Origin: an uncultured Clostridia bacterium
GTDB lineage: Bacteria > Bacillota > Clostridia > TANB77 > CAG-508
Direction of reading: 5' to 3'
DNA: 64,000 bases
Assembly: GCA_944390535.1 (NCBI GenBank)
Contig: CALXQV010000044.1
Location: 6,431-70,430 of the forward strand
Both the position numbers and the translations under genes were made by a program. Within the stretch, counting starts at the first letter, position 1, and each line of letters opens with the position of its first letter. Below the pieces are notes generated by a model, which saw nothing but the letters and a program-made list of their open reading frames with translations, had not been told where the DNA came from and did no database searches. This document shows positions 20,701-31,983 of the stretch, piece after piece.

Positions 20701-21262
20701 ATGCTTCTACATCAATTTCTTCTAATAATTCTCTTAGAGCTTCTGCTCCCATTTTTGCCTTAAAAGAACCTCTTCCATATTTTTCTTCTGCTTCATGATA
20801 TTCTTTTTCATTTAAAACTTGACATTTTTCTAACCCTGTTGTTCCTTTATCAATAACAACATATGAAGCAAAATAAATAATTTTTTCTAAATTTCTTGGT
20901 GAGATATCAAGCATTAAAGCAATTCTACTTGGTATTCCTTTAAAATACCATATATGTGCAACTGGTGCAGCAAGTTCTATATGCCCCATTCTTTCTCTTC
21001 TAACTTTTGATTTTGTAACTTCAACACCACATCTGTCACATACAATTCCTTTATATCTTACTCTTTTATATTTACCACAATGACATTCCCAGTCTTTTGT
21101 TGGACCAAATATTCTTTCACAGAATAATCCATCTTTTTCTGGTTTTAATGTTCTGTAGTTAATTGTCTCAGGTTTTTTTACTTCCCCTTTTGACCATTCT
21201 CTGATTTTTTCATCTGATGCAATTCCTATTTTTAATTTATTAAAAATATCTAATTCGTCCAC
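17735..21262 (-). CDS. rpoC: DNA-directed RNA polymerase subunit beta'
   Basis: NADFDGDQM catalytic motif and zinc-binding CHCGKY...CDRCG. GTG start at 21262 follows AAGGGGGA. The ORF-track extension to 21316 runs into the repeat element and is rejected. Confidence 0.97.
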
Positions 21263-21284
21263 TTTATTTCCCCCTTGAACAATA

Positions 21285-21401
21285 GGGACATGCCAAAATG
21301 GACAAAAAATGTCCAAAAGGGACAGACCCTATTACTTATTAATATATAAAACATTTAGGTGTGTCCCTTTTGGACATTTTTTGTCCATTTTGGCATGTCC
21401 C
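21285..21401. repeat. GGGACA palindromic element, copy 2 (perfect 40-nt arms at 21285-21324 and 21362-21401, 37-nt spacer)
   Basis: gggacatgccaaaatggacaaaaaatgtccaaaagggaca and its exact reverse complement. Confidence 0.9.
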
Positions 21402-21492
21402 TAACGTTTCTTTTGGGTAATTCTAAAACAGGTGAAGAGATCTAGCCACTGCTAGTGCAATTCCTTCATGTCGCCTCTTTCCTTTTTAGAAT

Positions 21493-21996
21493 TTATTCAG
21501 TTGTTTTATTTTTTAAATTATCATAAAAACTCTTTCGATACTCTTCTATCTTTTCATAACTTACAATACCAATTTTAAAGATTATTTGTTCACTTGGTAT
21601 TTTGTATATAACATCTGTTTTTACTAGACTATCTTTATCTAAGTTGTTTGTTTGGTCTTTTTTTAATAGCTTATTTGTTTGAAACTTTAACTTATTCAAA
21701 TTAGATGATACAAGCATACCAAAATTTTCTATTGGAACTGCTGTATTATCTTGGTCTATAATTACAAAAAAATGATTATTGCCGACTTCTCCATCAGGAT
21801 AACTATATTCTCTAACAAAAACGATATCTCCAATTTCATAGAAATTATAGGATTCACTATTTTCCCTTAATACGTTTTCAATTTTGCCTTTATGATATTC
21901 TTCCTTGACAGGATATTCTTCAAATGCCTCTTTTAATTCTTTAACTTTTCCATGTTCATAAGCTGTTTTTAAAAAGTCACTTAATTTATCTTGCAT
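21493..21996 (-). CDS. MazF/PemK-like (SH3-barrel toxin fold) protein with a ~55-aa N-terminal extension
   Basis: AAAGGAGA SD upstream of MQDKLS. By eye, GDIVFVREYSYPDGEVGNNHFFVII, FGMLVSSN and DSLVKTDVIYKIP align to the MazF segments GDLIWVDFDPTKG..HRPAVVL, CVPCTT and DGVALADQVKSI. Confidence 0.5.
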   Translation of the reverse strand: MQDKLSDFLKTAYEHGKVKELKEAFEEYPVKEEYHKGKIENVLRENSESYNFYEIGDIVFVREYSYPDGEVGNNHFFVIIDQDNTAVPIENFGMLVSSNLNKLKFQTNKLLKKDQTNNLDKDSLVKTDVIYKIPSEQIIFKIGIVSYEKIEEYRKSFYDNLKNKTTE

Positions 21997-22085
21997 AGTT
22001 AATCTCCTTTCATTCCATTTTTTTGTAATGTCAAAAGATTCCCTTTTATGAATTAGCAACATATTTAATGCTACTTTTCATTCGT

Positions 22086-25000
22086 TTAAATAATGTCATT
22101 GTCATTATCTAAATTATCCTCTGCCAAATCACTATCAAAGAACATTTCATCATCATCTTCTAGACCTTCAAATAGTTCGTCATTTCCATCATCTAATGAT
22201 TCATTATCATCTTCTAGTAAGATGTCATCTTCTGTACTTTCTTCTGTATAACCATTATCTAGGTCTCCATCTGCAACAACTTCATCTTCAGCTAAATATT
22301 TCTTTTCTTTTTCTGGATCATATTCAATTCCGTCTTCTATATTTTCTTTTAATTCTAATTCTTGATTATCTTCAGAATATAATCTAACATCTAGCCCTAA
22401 AGATTGAAGCTCTTTTACTAATACTTTAAAGCTTTCTGGAACACCTGGTTCTGGAACATTTTCACCTTTTACGATTGCTTCATATGTTTTTACTCTTCCA
22501 ACAACGTCATCTGATTTTACAGTTAACATTTCTTGTAGTGTGTATGAAGCACCATAAGCCTCTAATGCCCAAACTTCCATCTCTCCAAAACGTTGTCCAC
22601 CAAATTGTGCTTTTCCTCCTAGTGGTTGTTGTGTTACTAATGAGTATGGTCCAGTTGAACGTGCATGGATTTTATCATCTACTAAGTGATGTAGTTTTAA
22701 CATATACATAACACCAACAGTAATTGGACTTGCAAACGCTTCTCCTGTTCTACCATCATATAGTGTTGTTTTACCATCTTTGTTCATTCCTGCTTCTGCT
22801 AATAATTTTTCAACATCTTCTTGTGTTGCTCCATCAAATACTGGTGTAGATACATGCCATCCTAAAGCTTTCGCTGCTCCTCCTAAGTGAACTTCTAGTA
22901 CTTGGCCTAAGTTCATACGAGATGGAACTCCAAGAGGGTTTAATAAGATATCGATTGGTGTACCATCTGGCATAAATGGCATATCTTCTTCTGGTAATAC
23001 TCTTGAGATAACACCTTTGTTACCATGACGTCCTGCCATCTTATCTCCCACAGATATTTTTCTTTTTGTTGCAATATAACATCTAATAATTTGGTTAACA
23101 CCTGGTCCTAATTCATCTGAATTTTCTCTAGTAAAGATTTTAACATCTACAATGGTTCCTGCTTCTCCATGAGGTACTCTTAATGATGTATCTCTTACTT
23201 CTCTTGCTTTTTCACCGAAGATAGCTCTTAATAATCTTTCTTCAGCTGTTAATTCTGTCTCTCCTTTTGGTGTTACTTTTCCAACCAAAATATCTCCTGG
23301 TCTTACTTCTGCACCAATACGAATAATTCCATTTTCATCTAAGTCTTTTAAAGAATCATCACCTATGTTTGGAATATCTCTTGTGATTTCTTCTGCCCCT
23401 AATTTTGTATCTCTACATTCACAATCATATTCTTCAATATGGATAGATGTAAATACATCCTCTTTTACTAATCTTTCATTTAATAAAATCGCATCCTCAT
23501 AGTTGTATCCTTCCCAAGTTGAGAAAGCTACTAATACGTTTTTACCTAATGCCATTTCTCCATCTTTTGTAGATGGTCCGTCTGCAATGGCATCTCCTTT
23601 TTTAACCTTTTCTCCTGCTTTTACAATTGGTTTTTGGTTAATACAGGTACCACCATTGGTTCTTTTAAATTTACGCAATTTATGTACAACCGTTTTTCCA
23701 TTATTGTATTTAACTGTAATTGCGTCTCCTGTTACTTTTTCAATCACACCATCTTCTTCTGCTAATACTAAGATTCCAGAATCTTTTGCTGCTCTATATT
23801 CAATACCTGTTCCAACAATTGGGCTTTCTGTAATCATAAGTGGCACTGCTTGACGTTGCATGTTTGCACCCATTAATGCTCTTTTTGCATCATCATGCTC
23901 TAAGAATGGAATCATCGCTGCCGCAATTGAAACCAATTGTTTTGGTGAAACATCGACATATTGTACTTTATCTTTATCTACTTCAATTACTTCATTCTTA
24001 AATCTAACTCTAATTCTTGGGTTTACAAAACTTCCATCTTTATTAATTGGTTCTGATGCTTGTGCAATAATGTAATTATCTTCTACATCTGCACTCATAT
24101 ATTCTACAATATCTGTTAATTTATGTGTTTTAGGATCTACTTTTCTATATGGTGTTTCAATAAATCCATATTCATTAATTTGTGCGAATGATGATAATGC
24201 TGAGATCAATCCAATGTTTGGTCCTTCTGGTGACTCAATTGGACATAATCTTCCATAATGTGCATAGTGAATATCACGAACCTCGAATCCTGCTCTATCT
24301 CTTGTTAATCCTCCAGGTCCTAAAGCAGAAATTCTTCTTTTATGTGTTAATTCTGAAAGTGGATTTGTCTGATCCATAAATTGTGATAATTGTGAACTTC
24401 CAAAAAATTCTCTAATTGCTGATGTAATTGGTTTTGTATTAATCAAAGTTTGTGGTGTTATTACATCTAAATCTTGAATGGTCATTCTTTCACGAACAAC
24501 TCTTTCTAATCTTGTTAAACCAATTCTGAATTGATTTTGTAATAATTCACCAACACAACGAATTCTACGGTTTGCTAAGTGGTCAATATCATCTGGCTCA
24601 CCTAATCCTTGTGCTAGATTTAGTAAATAGTTAATAGAAGCAATCATATCTTCTGTTGTAATATGTTTTGGTACTAATTCATTTTGTCTTTCTTCTATGA
24701 CTTTTACTAATTCTTTTTCGTCTGTATTATCTACAATATTTTTTAATACATCGTAATTTACCAATTCTTTAAAATGTAATTTGCTTAAATCTACATTTGG
24801 TAATACTTTATGAATATTGGCTGTACTGTTTCCTATCACTCTAACTGTTTTTTCTCCCACAGTAACATCTACCACATTAATTCCTGCATTTTGAATATTT
24901 TCTGCAACTTCTTCTGTAATCACTTCTCCTGCTTGTACAAATACTTCTCCTGTTTCACTGTCGACAATGTCTGTTGCAGAAACTCTTCCTTTGATTCTTC

Positions 25001-25850
25001 CAGAAATAGCTAATTTTTGATTAAATTTATATCTACCAACTTTTGCTAAATCATATCTTCTATTGTCATAGAATAATCCATTAAATAGGTTCCTTGCCGC
25101 ATCTGCTGTTGGAAGTTCTCCTGGTCTTAGTTTTTTGTAAATTTCAATTAATGCTTCATCTTGGTCTTTAATTGTATCTTTATTTAGTGTTGCTTTGATT
25201 AATTCTTCATCACCAAATAAATCCAAAATTTGTGCATCTGTAGCTACACCAATTGCTCTTAATAATGTTGTTACTGGAACTTTTCTTGTTCTATCTACAC
25301 GAACCCAGAAAATATCATTTCCATCTGTTTCATATTCTAGCCATGCTCCACGTAGTGGCATAACTGTTGATGTATAGGTTCTTTTTCCTGTTTTTGTATC
25401 AAATTCTTCAGCATAATAACACCCTGGTGAACGAACTAATTGGCTAACAACAACTCTTTCTGCTCCATTGATAACAAATGTACCACTATCTGTCATTAAT
25501 GGAAAATCCCCTAAGTAGATTTCTTGTTCTTTAATTTCTCCTGTCTCACGGTTGATTAATCTTACTTTCACATGTAATCTTGAAGAATATGTTGCATCTC
25601 TTTCTTTTGCTTCTTCTACTGTGTATTTTGTCTTGTCCTCCATATAGTAATCAAAAAATTCAAGTACTAGGTTTCCAGAGTAGTCTTCAATTGGAGAAAT
25701 GTCTTTTAATACTTCACCTAATCCTTCTTCTAAAAACCAGTCATAAGAATCTCTTTGCACTTTAATAAGATTTGGCATTTCAATATAATCCCCAACCTTT
25801 GCAAAGTCCTTACGAGAAGTCTTCTCGTATTTTACTTCTTTTAATTTCAA
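22086..25850 (-). CDS. rpoB: DNA-directed RNA polymerase subunit beta, with a long acidic C-terminal tail
   Basis: Canonical beta-subunit blocks ([37 protein letters not shown]). The likely TTG start at 25850 follows GAGGTGA. A GTG at 25859 is the alternative. Confidence 0.97.
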   Translation of the reverse strand: MKLKEVKYEKTSRKDFAKVGDYIEMPNLIKVQRDSYDWFLEEGLGEVLKDISPIEDYSGNLVLEFFDYYMEDKTKYTVEEAKERDATYSSRLHVKVRLINRETGEIKEQEIYLGDFPLMTDSGTFVINGAERVVVSQLVRSPGCYYAEEFDTKTGKRTYTSTVMPLRGAWLEYETDGNDIFWVRVDRTRKVPVTTLLRAIGVATDAQILDLFGDEELIKATLNKDTIKDQDEALIEIYKKLRPGELPTADAARNLFNGLFYDNRRYDLAKVGRYKFNQKLAISGRIKGRVSATDIVDSETGEVFVQAGEVITEEVAENIQNAGINVVDVTVGEKTVRVIGNSTANIHKVLPNVDLSKLHFKELVNYDVLKNIVDNTDEKELVKVIEERQNELVPKHITTEDMIASINYLLNLAQGLGEPDDIDHLANRRIRCVGELLQNQFRIGLTRLERVVRERMTIQDLDVITPQTLINTKPITSAIREFFGSSQLSQFMDQTNPLSELTHKRRISALGPGGLTRDRAGFEVRDIHYAHYGRLCPIESPEGPNIGLISALSSFAQINEYGFIETPYRKVDPKTHKLTDIVEYMSADVEDNYIIAQASEPINKDGSFVNPRIRVRFKNEVIEVDKDKVQYVDVSPKQLVSIAAAMIPFLEHDDAKRALMGANMQRQAVPLMITESPIVGTGIEYRAAKDSGILVLAEEDGVIEKVTGDAITVKYNNGKTVVHKLRKFKRTNGGTCINQKPIVKAGEKVKKGDAIADGPSTKDGEMALGKNVLVAFSTWEGYNYEDAILLNERLVKEDVFTSIHIEEYDCECRDTKLGAEEITRDIPNIGDDSLKDLDENGIIRIGAEVRPGDILVGKVTPKGETELTAEERLLRAIFGEKAREVRDTSLRVPHGEAGTIVDVKIFTRENSDELGPGVNQIIRCYIATKRKISVGDKMAGRHGNKGVISRVLPEEDMPFMPDGTPIDILLNPLGVPSRMNLGQVLEVHLGGAAKALGWHVSTPVFDGATQEDVEKLLAEAGMNKDGKTTLYDGRTGEAFASPITVGVMYMLKLHHLVDDKIHARSTGPYSLVTQQPLGGKAQFGGQRFGEMEVWALEAYGASYTLQEMLTVKSDDVVGRVKTYEAIVKGENVPEPGVPESFKVLVKELQSLGLDVRLYSEDNQELELKENIEDGIEYDPEKEKKYLAEDEVVADGDLDNGYTEESTEDDILLEDDNESLDDGNDELFEGLEDDDEMFFDSDLAEDNLDNDNDII

Positions 25851-26443
25851 GAAAATCACCTCATATAAAATATTAAGCAGAATTAATTGTCAACAATATT
25901 GGTTGACAGATTTATTAGTTAAAAGAAGTCCTTCTTAAATCATAAATTTCTTAGCTAAGTTTTAAAATTGTCTGCTTTTACAATTTTAAATTTCCTTAGG
26001 GAAACTTATATTTAATTCCTCTCCTTTTAAGATTTAACATTTGAATAAAAAATTTTTGAATATATATTTTGATTTTGAAAAACCATACTATTTAACCCTT
26101 ACACAGAATAAACGGCAATAAAAGAGCTGTCAAAAAACCTTCATTTTTCAACTGGCTCTAGTAAAATATTCAATTTCATTAACATTTACTTTTCTTTATT
26201 TTAATCACCTTTTTATTTTTCTTTTTAGGTTAATTAAATTCTCTTTTTCAAATCGGTATTATTATATATCAAAACACTTACGGAAGTCAATACTTTTAGG
26301 GAATTTTTCAAAACTTTTTATAAAAAATGCGTCAATTTATATTTTGATTTTTTCTATGAACTTTTGTTACAGATATAGACATTTTTTTTAATATATAGTA
26401 CAATACATGAGAAATTTAAAAATCTAATGACATAGGAGGAAAT

Positions 26444-26944
26444 ATGGCAAGTTTACCATTGATTGTAAAATATTTATTAACTGCTTTTGTTGGAATGATA
26501 CCAATTATCGAGTTAAGGGGTGCTATCCCAGTAGGTGTATTCACATTTCATTTAAATTATGTAGAATCTTTTTTATGTAGTTTTATTGGAAATATTATAC
26601 CTGTATATTTTATTGTAAAATTCATTAGACCTTTATTTGATTTTTTCGGTAGGTGGAAACCTTTTAGAATTGTGATTGATTGGGCATCTGAAAGAGCTAC
26701 TAAAAAAATAGAAGAAAGTGAAAAATTGCAAAATTTTGCTGCTTTAGGACTATTCTTATTTGTTGCTGTTCCATTACCAGGGACAGGTGCATGGGTAGGT
26801 TCTTTAATTGCTAATTTCTTAGATTTACCACCTAAAAAAGCAATACCACCTATTATTGCAGGTGTTTTTGCGGCAGGCATTATTGTCCTTACTTTAACAG
26901 CTATCGCAAATGGTGGAATACAATATTTATTACAAAGAGGATAA
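26444..26944 (+). CDS. small multidrug-export-family membrane protein (Sm_multidrug_ex-like)
   Basis: GMIPIIELRGAIPVG...GNIIPVYF pattern, 166 aa, 4-5 TM, AGGAGG SD. Confidence 0.65.
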   Translation: MASLPLIVKYLLTAFVGMIPIIELRGAIPVGVFTFHLNYVESFLCSFIGNIIPVYFIVKFIRPLFDFFGRWKPFRIVIDWASERATKKIEESEKLQNFAALGLFLFVAVPLPGTGAWVGSLIANFLDLPPKKAIPPIIAGVFAAGIIVLTLTAIANGGIQYLLQRG

Positions 26945-26963
26945 AGCGAAAGCTTGGGGAATT

Positions 26964-28109
26964 TTAATTTATCTCCAAGCTTTCATTTTTCTTTTTATTT
27001 TCTTTATACTTTATAAAATCATCTAATAATATTTTTATAACAGCAATAACTGGTACTGCTAAAAACATTCCTAAAATTCCAAAATATGCTCCTCCAAAGG
27101 TTACTGCAAACAATACTAACAATGGACTAATTTTTAATGATTTTCCAACAATTTTTGGATTGATAATATTCGCATCTATTTGTTGTAAAATAATGACAAC
27201 AATTAACATCCAAATGGTTTGTGACAATCCACCTGTTATTAATGTAATGATTGCAGCAACAACAGTCGCAATAATTGCTCCTACATATGGTATCATGTTA
27301 AATAATCCAATAAAGAACCCTAATAGTGGTGCATATCGCACGCCCATAATACTCATTGCAGTTGATACTAATATTCCCACGACTATGGCATCTAAGAATT
27401 GACTAGCAACAAATTTAAAGAAAATTTCGTTAGAATTGTTAAAATATTTATCTAAATTTTTATATGTCCTTTCTTTTAATACTGCTCCTGCTAATTTCTT
27501 AAAAAAGGCTAATATTTTTCTTCTATCTATTAAAATATATACAGACACGATAATGGCTATAAAAATATCTACTATACTAAAAATGGCTCCAATTGCATTT
27601 ATTAAATACCCCAATAATGCTTCTACATCTAAATATTGCTTAATGTCTATATTTTGTAAATTATGGATTTCATCTTGAACAATTTGGCTTTTTAATACAG
27701 AATCCTCTGGTAAATTGTTATATGCATTAATTGTATCTTCTACATAATGTGGCACATTACTGATAAAATCTGTTACACTTTCAAAGACAATTGGTAAAAT
27801 GACAGAACATAATATACTAATTGCTAGTATCATGATAAGATATACTGTGATAACACCCAATCCTCTTGCCTTTTTGGAAATACATTTTATTTTTATTTTC
27901 CCATACAATTCCTCAAATTTTCTTGATGGCATGTATAGTATATATGCTAGAAAAATACCGATTAGAAATGGACTAATCACACCAAAAAATGTATGTAAAC
28001 ATCCCATAACATTTTCATAATTGTCTAATATCTTATAAATACAGATAAATACTAAACCTAATGAAAACCAATATAACCATTTTTTCCAATTATGTTTTAT
28101 TTCATTCAT
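26964..28109 (-). CDS. AI-2E family transporter (PerM/UPF0118)
   Basis: 381 aa polytopic protein. The NMIPYVGAII...QQIDANIINPKIVG block is typical of the family. Confidence 0.8.
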   Translation of the reverse strand: MNEIKHNWKKWLYWFSLGLVFICIYKILDNYENVMGCLHTFFGVISPFLIGIFLAYILYMPSRKFEELYGKIKIKCISKKARGLGVITVYLIMILAISILCSVILPIVFESVTDFISNVPHYVEDTINAYNNLPEDSVLKSQIVQDEIHNLQNIDIKQYLDVEALLGYLINAIGAIFSIVDIFIAIIVSVYILIDRRKILAFFKKLAGAVLKERTYKNLDKYFNNSNEIFFKFVASQFLDAIVVGILVSTAMSIMGVRYAPLLGFFIGLFNMIPYVGAIIATVVAAIITLITGGLSQTIWMLIVVIILQQIDANIINPKIVGKSLKISPLLVLFAVTFGGAYFGILGMFLAVPVIAVIKILLDDFIKYKENKKKNESLEIN

Positions 28110-28187
28110 ATTTGCTTTCCTTCCTTTCGTGCTTTATTTTTGAAATTATAAACTATACAAACTTGTTTTTTTATTTTCCTCATCCTT

Positions 28188-28940
28188 TTATTCTATTATT
28201 AAACCAATAGGACAATGGTCACTTCCCATAATTTCTGGATATATCATTGCATCTTTTATTTTCTCTTTTATATCTTCTGAGACAATAAAATAGTCAATTC
28301 TCCATCCAACATTTTTTTCTCTTGCTTTTCCCATATATGACCACCAACTATAACTATCTGTTTTATCTGGATATAAAAATCGGAAAGAATCTATAAATCC
28401 TGCCTCTAATAACTCTGTCATTTTTCCTCTTTCTTCATCTGTAAATCCTGCATTTCCTCTATTTGATTTTGGATTTTTCAAATCGATTTCTTTATGTGCT
28501 ACATTTAAGTCCCCACACATAATCACTGGTTTTATCTTCTTTAGCTCTAACAAATACTTACGAATTTCATCTTCCCATACTTGTCTGTAATCTAGTCTTT
28601 CTAGTTCTCTTTTTGCATTTGGTGTATAAATATTTACCATATAGAAATTTTCAAATTCTAGTGTGATAACTCTTCCCTCTTTATCATGTTCGCAAATTCC
28701 AATCCCATATGTAACGGTTAATGGTTCTTTCTTTGTAAAAATCGCTGTCCCTGAATATCCTTTCCTTTCTGCACTATTCCAATATGCTTTGTATCCTTCA
28801 AATGTTAATTCAATTTGTTCTGGTTGACATTTTGTTTCTTGTATACAAAATATATCTGCATCAATTTGATTAAAAAATTCCTTAAATCCTTTATTCACAC
28901 AAGCACGTATACCATTCACATTCCAAGATATTAGTTTCAT
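28188..28940 (-). CDS. xth: exodeoxyribonuclease III
   Basis: MKLISWNVNGIRA, CIQETK, GDLNVAH, SDHCP motifs. Confidence 0.9.
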   Translation of the reverse strand: MKLISWNVNGIRACVNKGFKEFFNQIDADIFCIQETKCQPEQIELTFEGYKAYWNSAERKGYSGTAIFTKKEPLTVTYGIGICEHDKEGRVITLEFENFYMVNIYTPNAKRELERLDYRQVWEDEIRKYLLELKKIKPVIMCGDLNVAHKEIDLKNPKSNRGNAGFTDEERGKMTELLEAGFIDSFRFLYPDKTDSYSWWSYMGKAREKNVGWRIDYFIVSEDIKEKIKDAMIYPEIMGSDHCPIGLIIE

Positions 28941-29054
28941 ATTTTTCTCCTTTATTCTATATTTAATAATTTTGTTGCATAGGAAAAGCGATTTTTCTAT
29001 TCAACAAAAAATACTAGAGTTTTCAAACTCTAGTATATTATACTATATATCGTT

Positions 29055-29987
29055 TTAGTTTACAACACTTACATTTAAGTATCTGACACCCCATTGTAGA
29101 GCTTCTGCATGGCTATTAACAAATATGTCAATTTTATTACCATTGATTGCTCCACCTCTATCTTCAACTGTATATACGTGTCCACCAATATTTAATTTTG
29201 TTCCAAATGCAAATTTACTAGATGCTGCAACTGTTCTTCCTGCTGTTGCTGTTGTTCCTGATGCCGTTCTTCCATTTGTTTTTCCACAACATTTTGCACA
29301 TGGGCAATATGCTGTTATTTTATATACAGTTCCTCCTGTTGCTGAAGCGCTTGATGTTCTTGGTAGTGTTGAACTTCTTGAAGTTACCTTTTTTTGTACT
29401 TGAACAATTTTATTGACTGGTTCTTGTACAACAACTTCTGATATTACTGATTTTTCAATTTCTACATCATTTTGATATTTTACTTTATATGTTACTTCTT
29501 TTAATCCATCTTTTCCATTTTGTACAACCTTATTTGTTGTATCTGTTGAAGTTCCTGTGGTATTTTTTGTGATTGTTTCATAAGGTATCACAACTTGTTC
29601 TACAACTATTTTTTCTGTGATTGGTGCATAATTTTCTAATAATTGATTTAATGAAGTTTCAATTCCTTCTTCTGAAATTTTAGAAATTTGTACCTCATTA
29701 TATGATTTGTCTGTTATTTTAATTGTATCTCCTGATACAATTTCGCTATCTAAATCTGGTATTGTTTTTTGGTTTTCATTTAAAATAATGTTATTTTCAC
29801 TTAATATATCTGATACGTTACTTTTTGACGTTACAGTTGTCATTTCATATCCATTTTGTAAAATAATGGTTATGTCTTTTAAGTCTGTGTTTACTGCCAT
29901 AACACTAATTCCTGATATCAATATTAAAATAATGCTTACACAGATAATCTTCATTATAGAAATTGAAGCTTTTTCTTCTCTTTTCAT
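29055..29987 (-). CDS. YabE-like cell-wall protein (DUF348-type repeats, G5-like region, C-terminal 3D domain)
   Basis: N-terminal TM. C-terminal YKITAYCPCAKCCGK...GRTVAAS...VYTVEDRGGAI.GNKIDIF is a 3D/MltA-like fold signature. Confidence 0.75.
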   Translation of the reverse strand: MKREEKASISIMKIICVSIILILISGISVMAVNTDLKDITIILQNGYEMTTVTSKSNVSDILSENNIILNENQKTIPDLDSEIVSGDTIKITDKSYNEVQISKISEEGIETSLNQLLENYAPITEKIVVEQVVIPYETITKNTTGTSTDTTNKVVQNGKDGLKEVTYKVKYQNDVEIEKSVISEVVVQEPVNKIVQVQKKVTSRSSTLPRTSSASATGGTVYKITAYCPCAKCCGKTNGRTASGTTATAGRTVAASSKFAFGTKLNIGGHVYTVEDRGGAINGNKIDIFVNSHAEALQWGVRYLNVSVVN

Positions 29988-30410
29988 AAGATTTAATTAC
30001 CTCCTTTTGGCAACACAATACTATTATACTATTTTTTTCATCAAAAGTCAAATTTTAGCATTTTTTTGCCTTTAAACTTTGGTATTTCTAGGATTTTTTG
30101 AAGTTACTTTTATGGATATTTACATAATTTTCATTCAAAAAACCTTCATATTTGTCCATTTTTTGTCCATACTATACTATATGAATTTTTTAAAAAAATA
30201 TTCCTTTTTATGAAATCTTTTTTATGTTTAAATATTTTATTAAAATTTTTATTCTATGCTTCCTTTTATTTTTCTATATTTTAGCTTTTCTACTAAAAAA
30301 AAGAAATTTCATCATTTTTTCACAATTTCTTCATATTCATATTGTATAAAATAATTTAATATGCTATGATAGTTTTGTATATACTATAAATATAAGGAGG
30401 ATTTTTATAA

Positions 30411-30968
30411 ATGATTGGTTGGATTATATGTGCAATTGTTGTAGTGATTATTATAGCTGTTATTGCCATGTATAACGGTTTAGTTCAAGCAAGAATAAAA
30501 GTGGATAATGCATGGAGCCAAATAGATGTACAATTACAAAGAAGATTTGACTTAATCCCTAACTTTGTTGAAACTGTAAAAGGCTATATGGCTCATGAAT
30601 CTGAAACATTTGAAAAAATTGCACAGCTTAGAACTTCATGGGCAAATACAGAAAGTGTTTCTGAAAAAGCTTCATTAGATAATCAATTATCTAGTGCACT
30701 AAAAACCATTATGGCTGTATCTGAAAATTATCCTGATTTGAAAGCAAATCAAAATTTTTCAGAATTATCAGAAGAACTTAGAAATACAGAAAATAAAATT
30801 TCTTTTTCTAGACAGTTCTATAATGATACTGTAGCAATGTATAATACAAAATTAGAAGTTTTTCCATCTAATTTGATTGCTGGAATGTTTAACTTTAAAG
30901 CTCGTGATTTGTTTGAAGCTGAAAGTGAAGAAGCAAGAAAAAATGTCAAAGTAGATTTTGGAAAATAA
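30411..30968 (+). CDS. lemA: LemA family protein
   Basis: N-terminal TM plus YNGLV..R..VDNAWSQIDVQLQRR.DLIPN and ENYPDLKAN..F..L. Confidence 0.9.
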   Translation: MIGWIICAIVVVIIIAVIAMYNGLVQARIKVDNAWSQIDVQLQRRFDLIPNFVETVKGYMAHESETFEKIAQLRTSWANTESVSEKASLDNQLSSALKTIMAVSENYPDLKANQNFSELSEELRNTENKISFSRQFYNDTVAMYNTKLEVFPSNLIAGMFNFKARDLFEAESEEARKNVKVDFGK

Positions 30969-31030
30969 AAAAACATATAAGAAGGGATTAAGGCTTACCT
31001 TTTCCCTTCTTTATTTACAAGGAGAAAATT

Positions 31031-31936
31031 ATGTTTGAAAGTAGTAAAAAAAATAAATTTGAATCAGGAATCATTGTAAGTATATTTATTGTGGTAATTA
31101 CATTAATTGTTTACTATATTTGCCATGCTTTAGAATTAGGTACTATGTCAATTGTGATTGCCCTAATTTTTTCAATTGGTTCTGCTTGGGCTTCTTATTA
31201 TTATAGTGACAAAATTGTATTGTCTCTAAATAAAGCAAGACCTGCTACTAAAGAAGAAGACCAAAAATTAGTTAATATATTAGATGCATTAATGATAACA
31301 GCAGGACTTCCTAATAAACCTAGACTTTATGTTGTTAACGATGCACAACCCAATGCATTTGCAACTGGTAGAAATCCACAAAATGCTGTTATTTGTGTCA
31401 CTACTGGCCTTCTAGAAAAGTTAGATTATTATGAATTAGAAGGTGTTATTGCTCATGAGATGAGTCATATAAAAAATTATGACATTCGTTTAAGTTGTGT
31501 AGTTTCCGTTATGGTAGGATTTATGGTTATGATATCTGACTTATTTTCTCGTGCATTATTTTGGGGTGGTGTTAAAGACAGAGATAGTGATAGTAAAGCA
31601 AATGGTATCTTAATGTTAGTTGGATTAGTTTTTCTTATTTTAGCACCTATTTTTGGTTCTTTAATGCAACTGGCATTATCTAGAAAAAGAGAATTTTTAG
31701 CAGATAGTACGGCTGTTGAATTTACACGTAACCCAGATGGTTTAATTTCTGCTTTAGAAAAATTAGAAAATGACCCTCATGAATTAAAAACTGCGAATAA
31801 TGCAACTGCTAATATGTATATTATAAATCCATTTAAGAAAAATGCTAAAAATAGCAAAAAAAGAACTACCAACATATGGTCTACACATCCTAGTACTGCT
31901 GATAGAATTGAAGCTTTAAGAAATATAAAATACTAA
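31031..31936 (+). CDS. htpX: M48-family zinc metalloprotease (HtpX-like)
   Basis: HEMSHIKNYD zinc motif, TM helices, C-terminal STHPSTADRI. Confidence 0.85.
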   Translation: MFESSKKNKFESGIIVSIFIVVITLIVYYICHALELGTMSIVIALIFSIGSAWASYYYSDKIVLSLNKARPATKEEDQKLVNILDALMITAGLPNKPRLYVVNDAQPNAFATGRNPQNAVICVTTGLLEKLDYYELEGVIAHEMSHIKNYDIRLSCVVSVMVGFMVMISDLFSRALFWGGVKDRDSDSKANGILMLVGLVFLILAPIFGSLMQLALSRKREFLADSTAVEFTRNPDGLISALEKLENDPHELKTANNATANMYIINPFKKNAKNSKKRTTNIWSTHPSTADRIEALRNIKY

Positions 31937-31966
31937 AAAACATCATAAATCTTTATGATGTTTTTT
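31935..31966. terminator. bidirectional terminator (htpX / tatD), with its 3' half tandemly duplicated at 31967-31986
   Basis: aaaaaacatcataaa tc tttatgatgtttttt. Confidence 0.75.
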
Positions 31967-31983
31967 AATCTTTATGATGTTTT

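Noticed and set aside
21263-21316. N-terminal extension of rpoC in the ORF track ([18 protein letters not shown]...)
   Set aside because: The extension is translated from the palindromic repeat arm. A GTG with an AAGGGGGA SD at 21262 gives the canonical VDELDIFN... start.
25860-26443. 584-nt region upstream of rpoB, examined for a riboswitch, leader RNA or rplJL remnants
   Set aside because: I saw only short hairpins (for example TGTCAAC-N7-GTTGACA at 25887-25909) and AT-rich sequence. No recognisable RNA family and no convincing promoter could be assigned by eye. It is left as the divergent intergenic region shared with the 26444 gene.
26948-26984. Hairpin gaaagcttgggga...tctccaagctttc after the small export-protein gene
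   Set aside because: It is plausibly a terminator, but its right arm overlaps the last codons of the convergent AI-2E transporter gene and the T-run is weak. Not confident enough to list as a feature.
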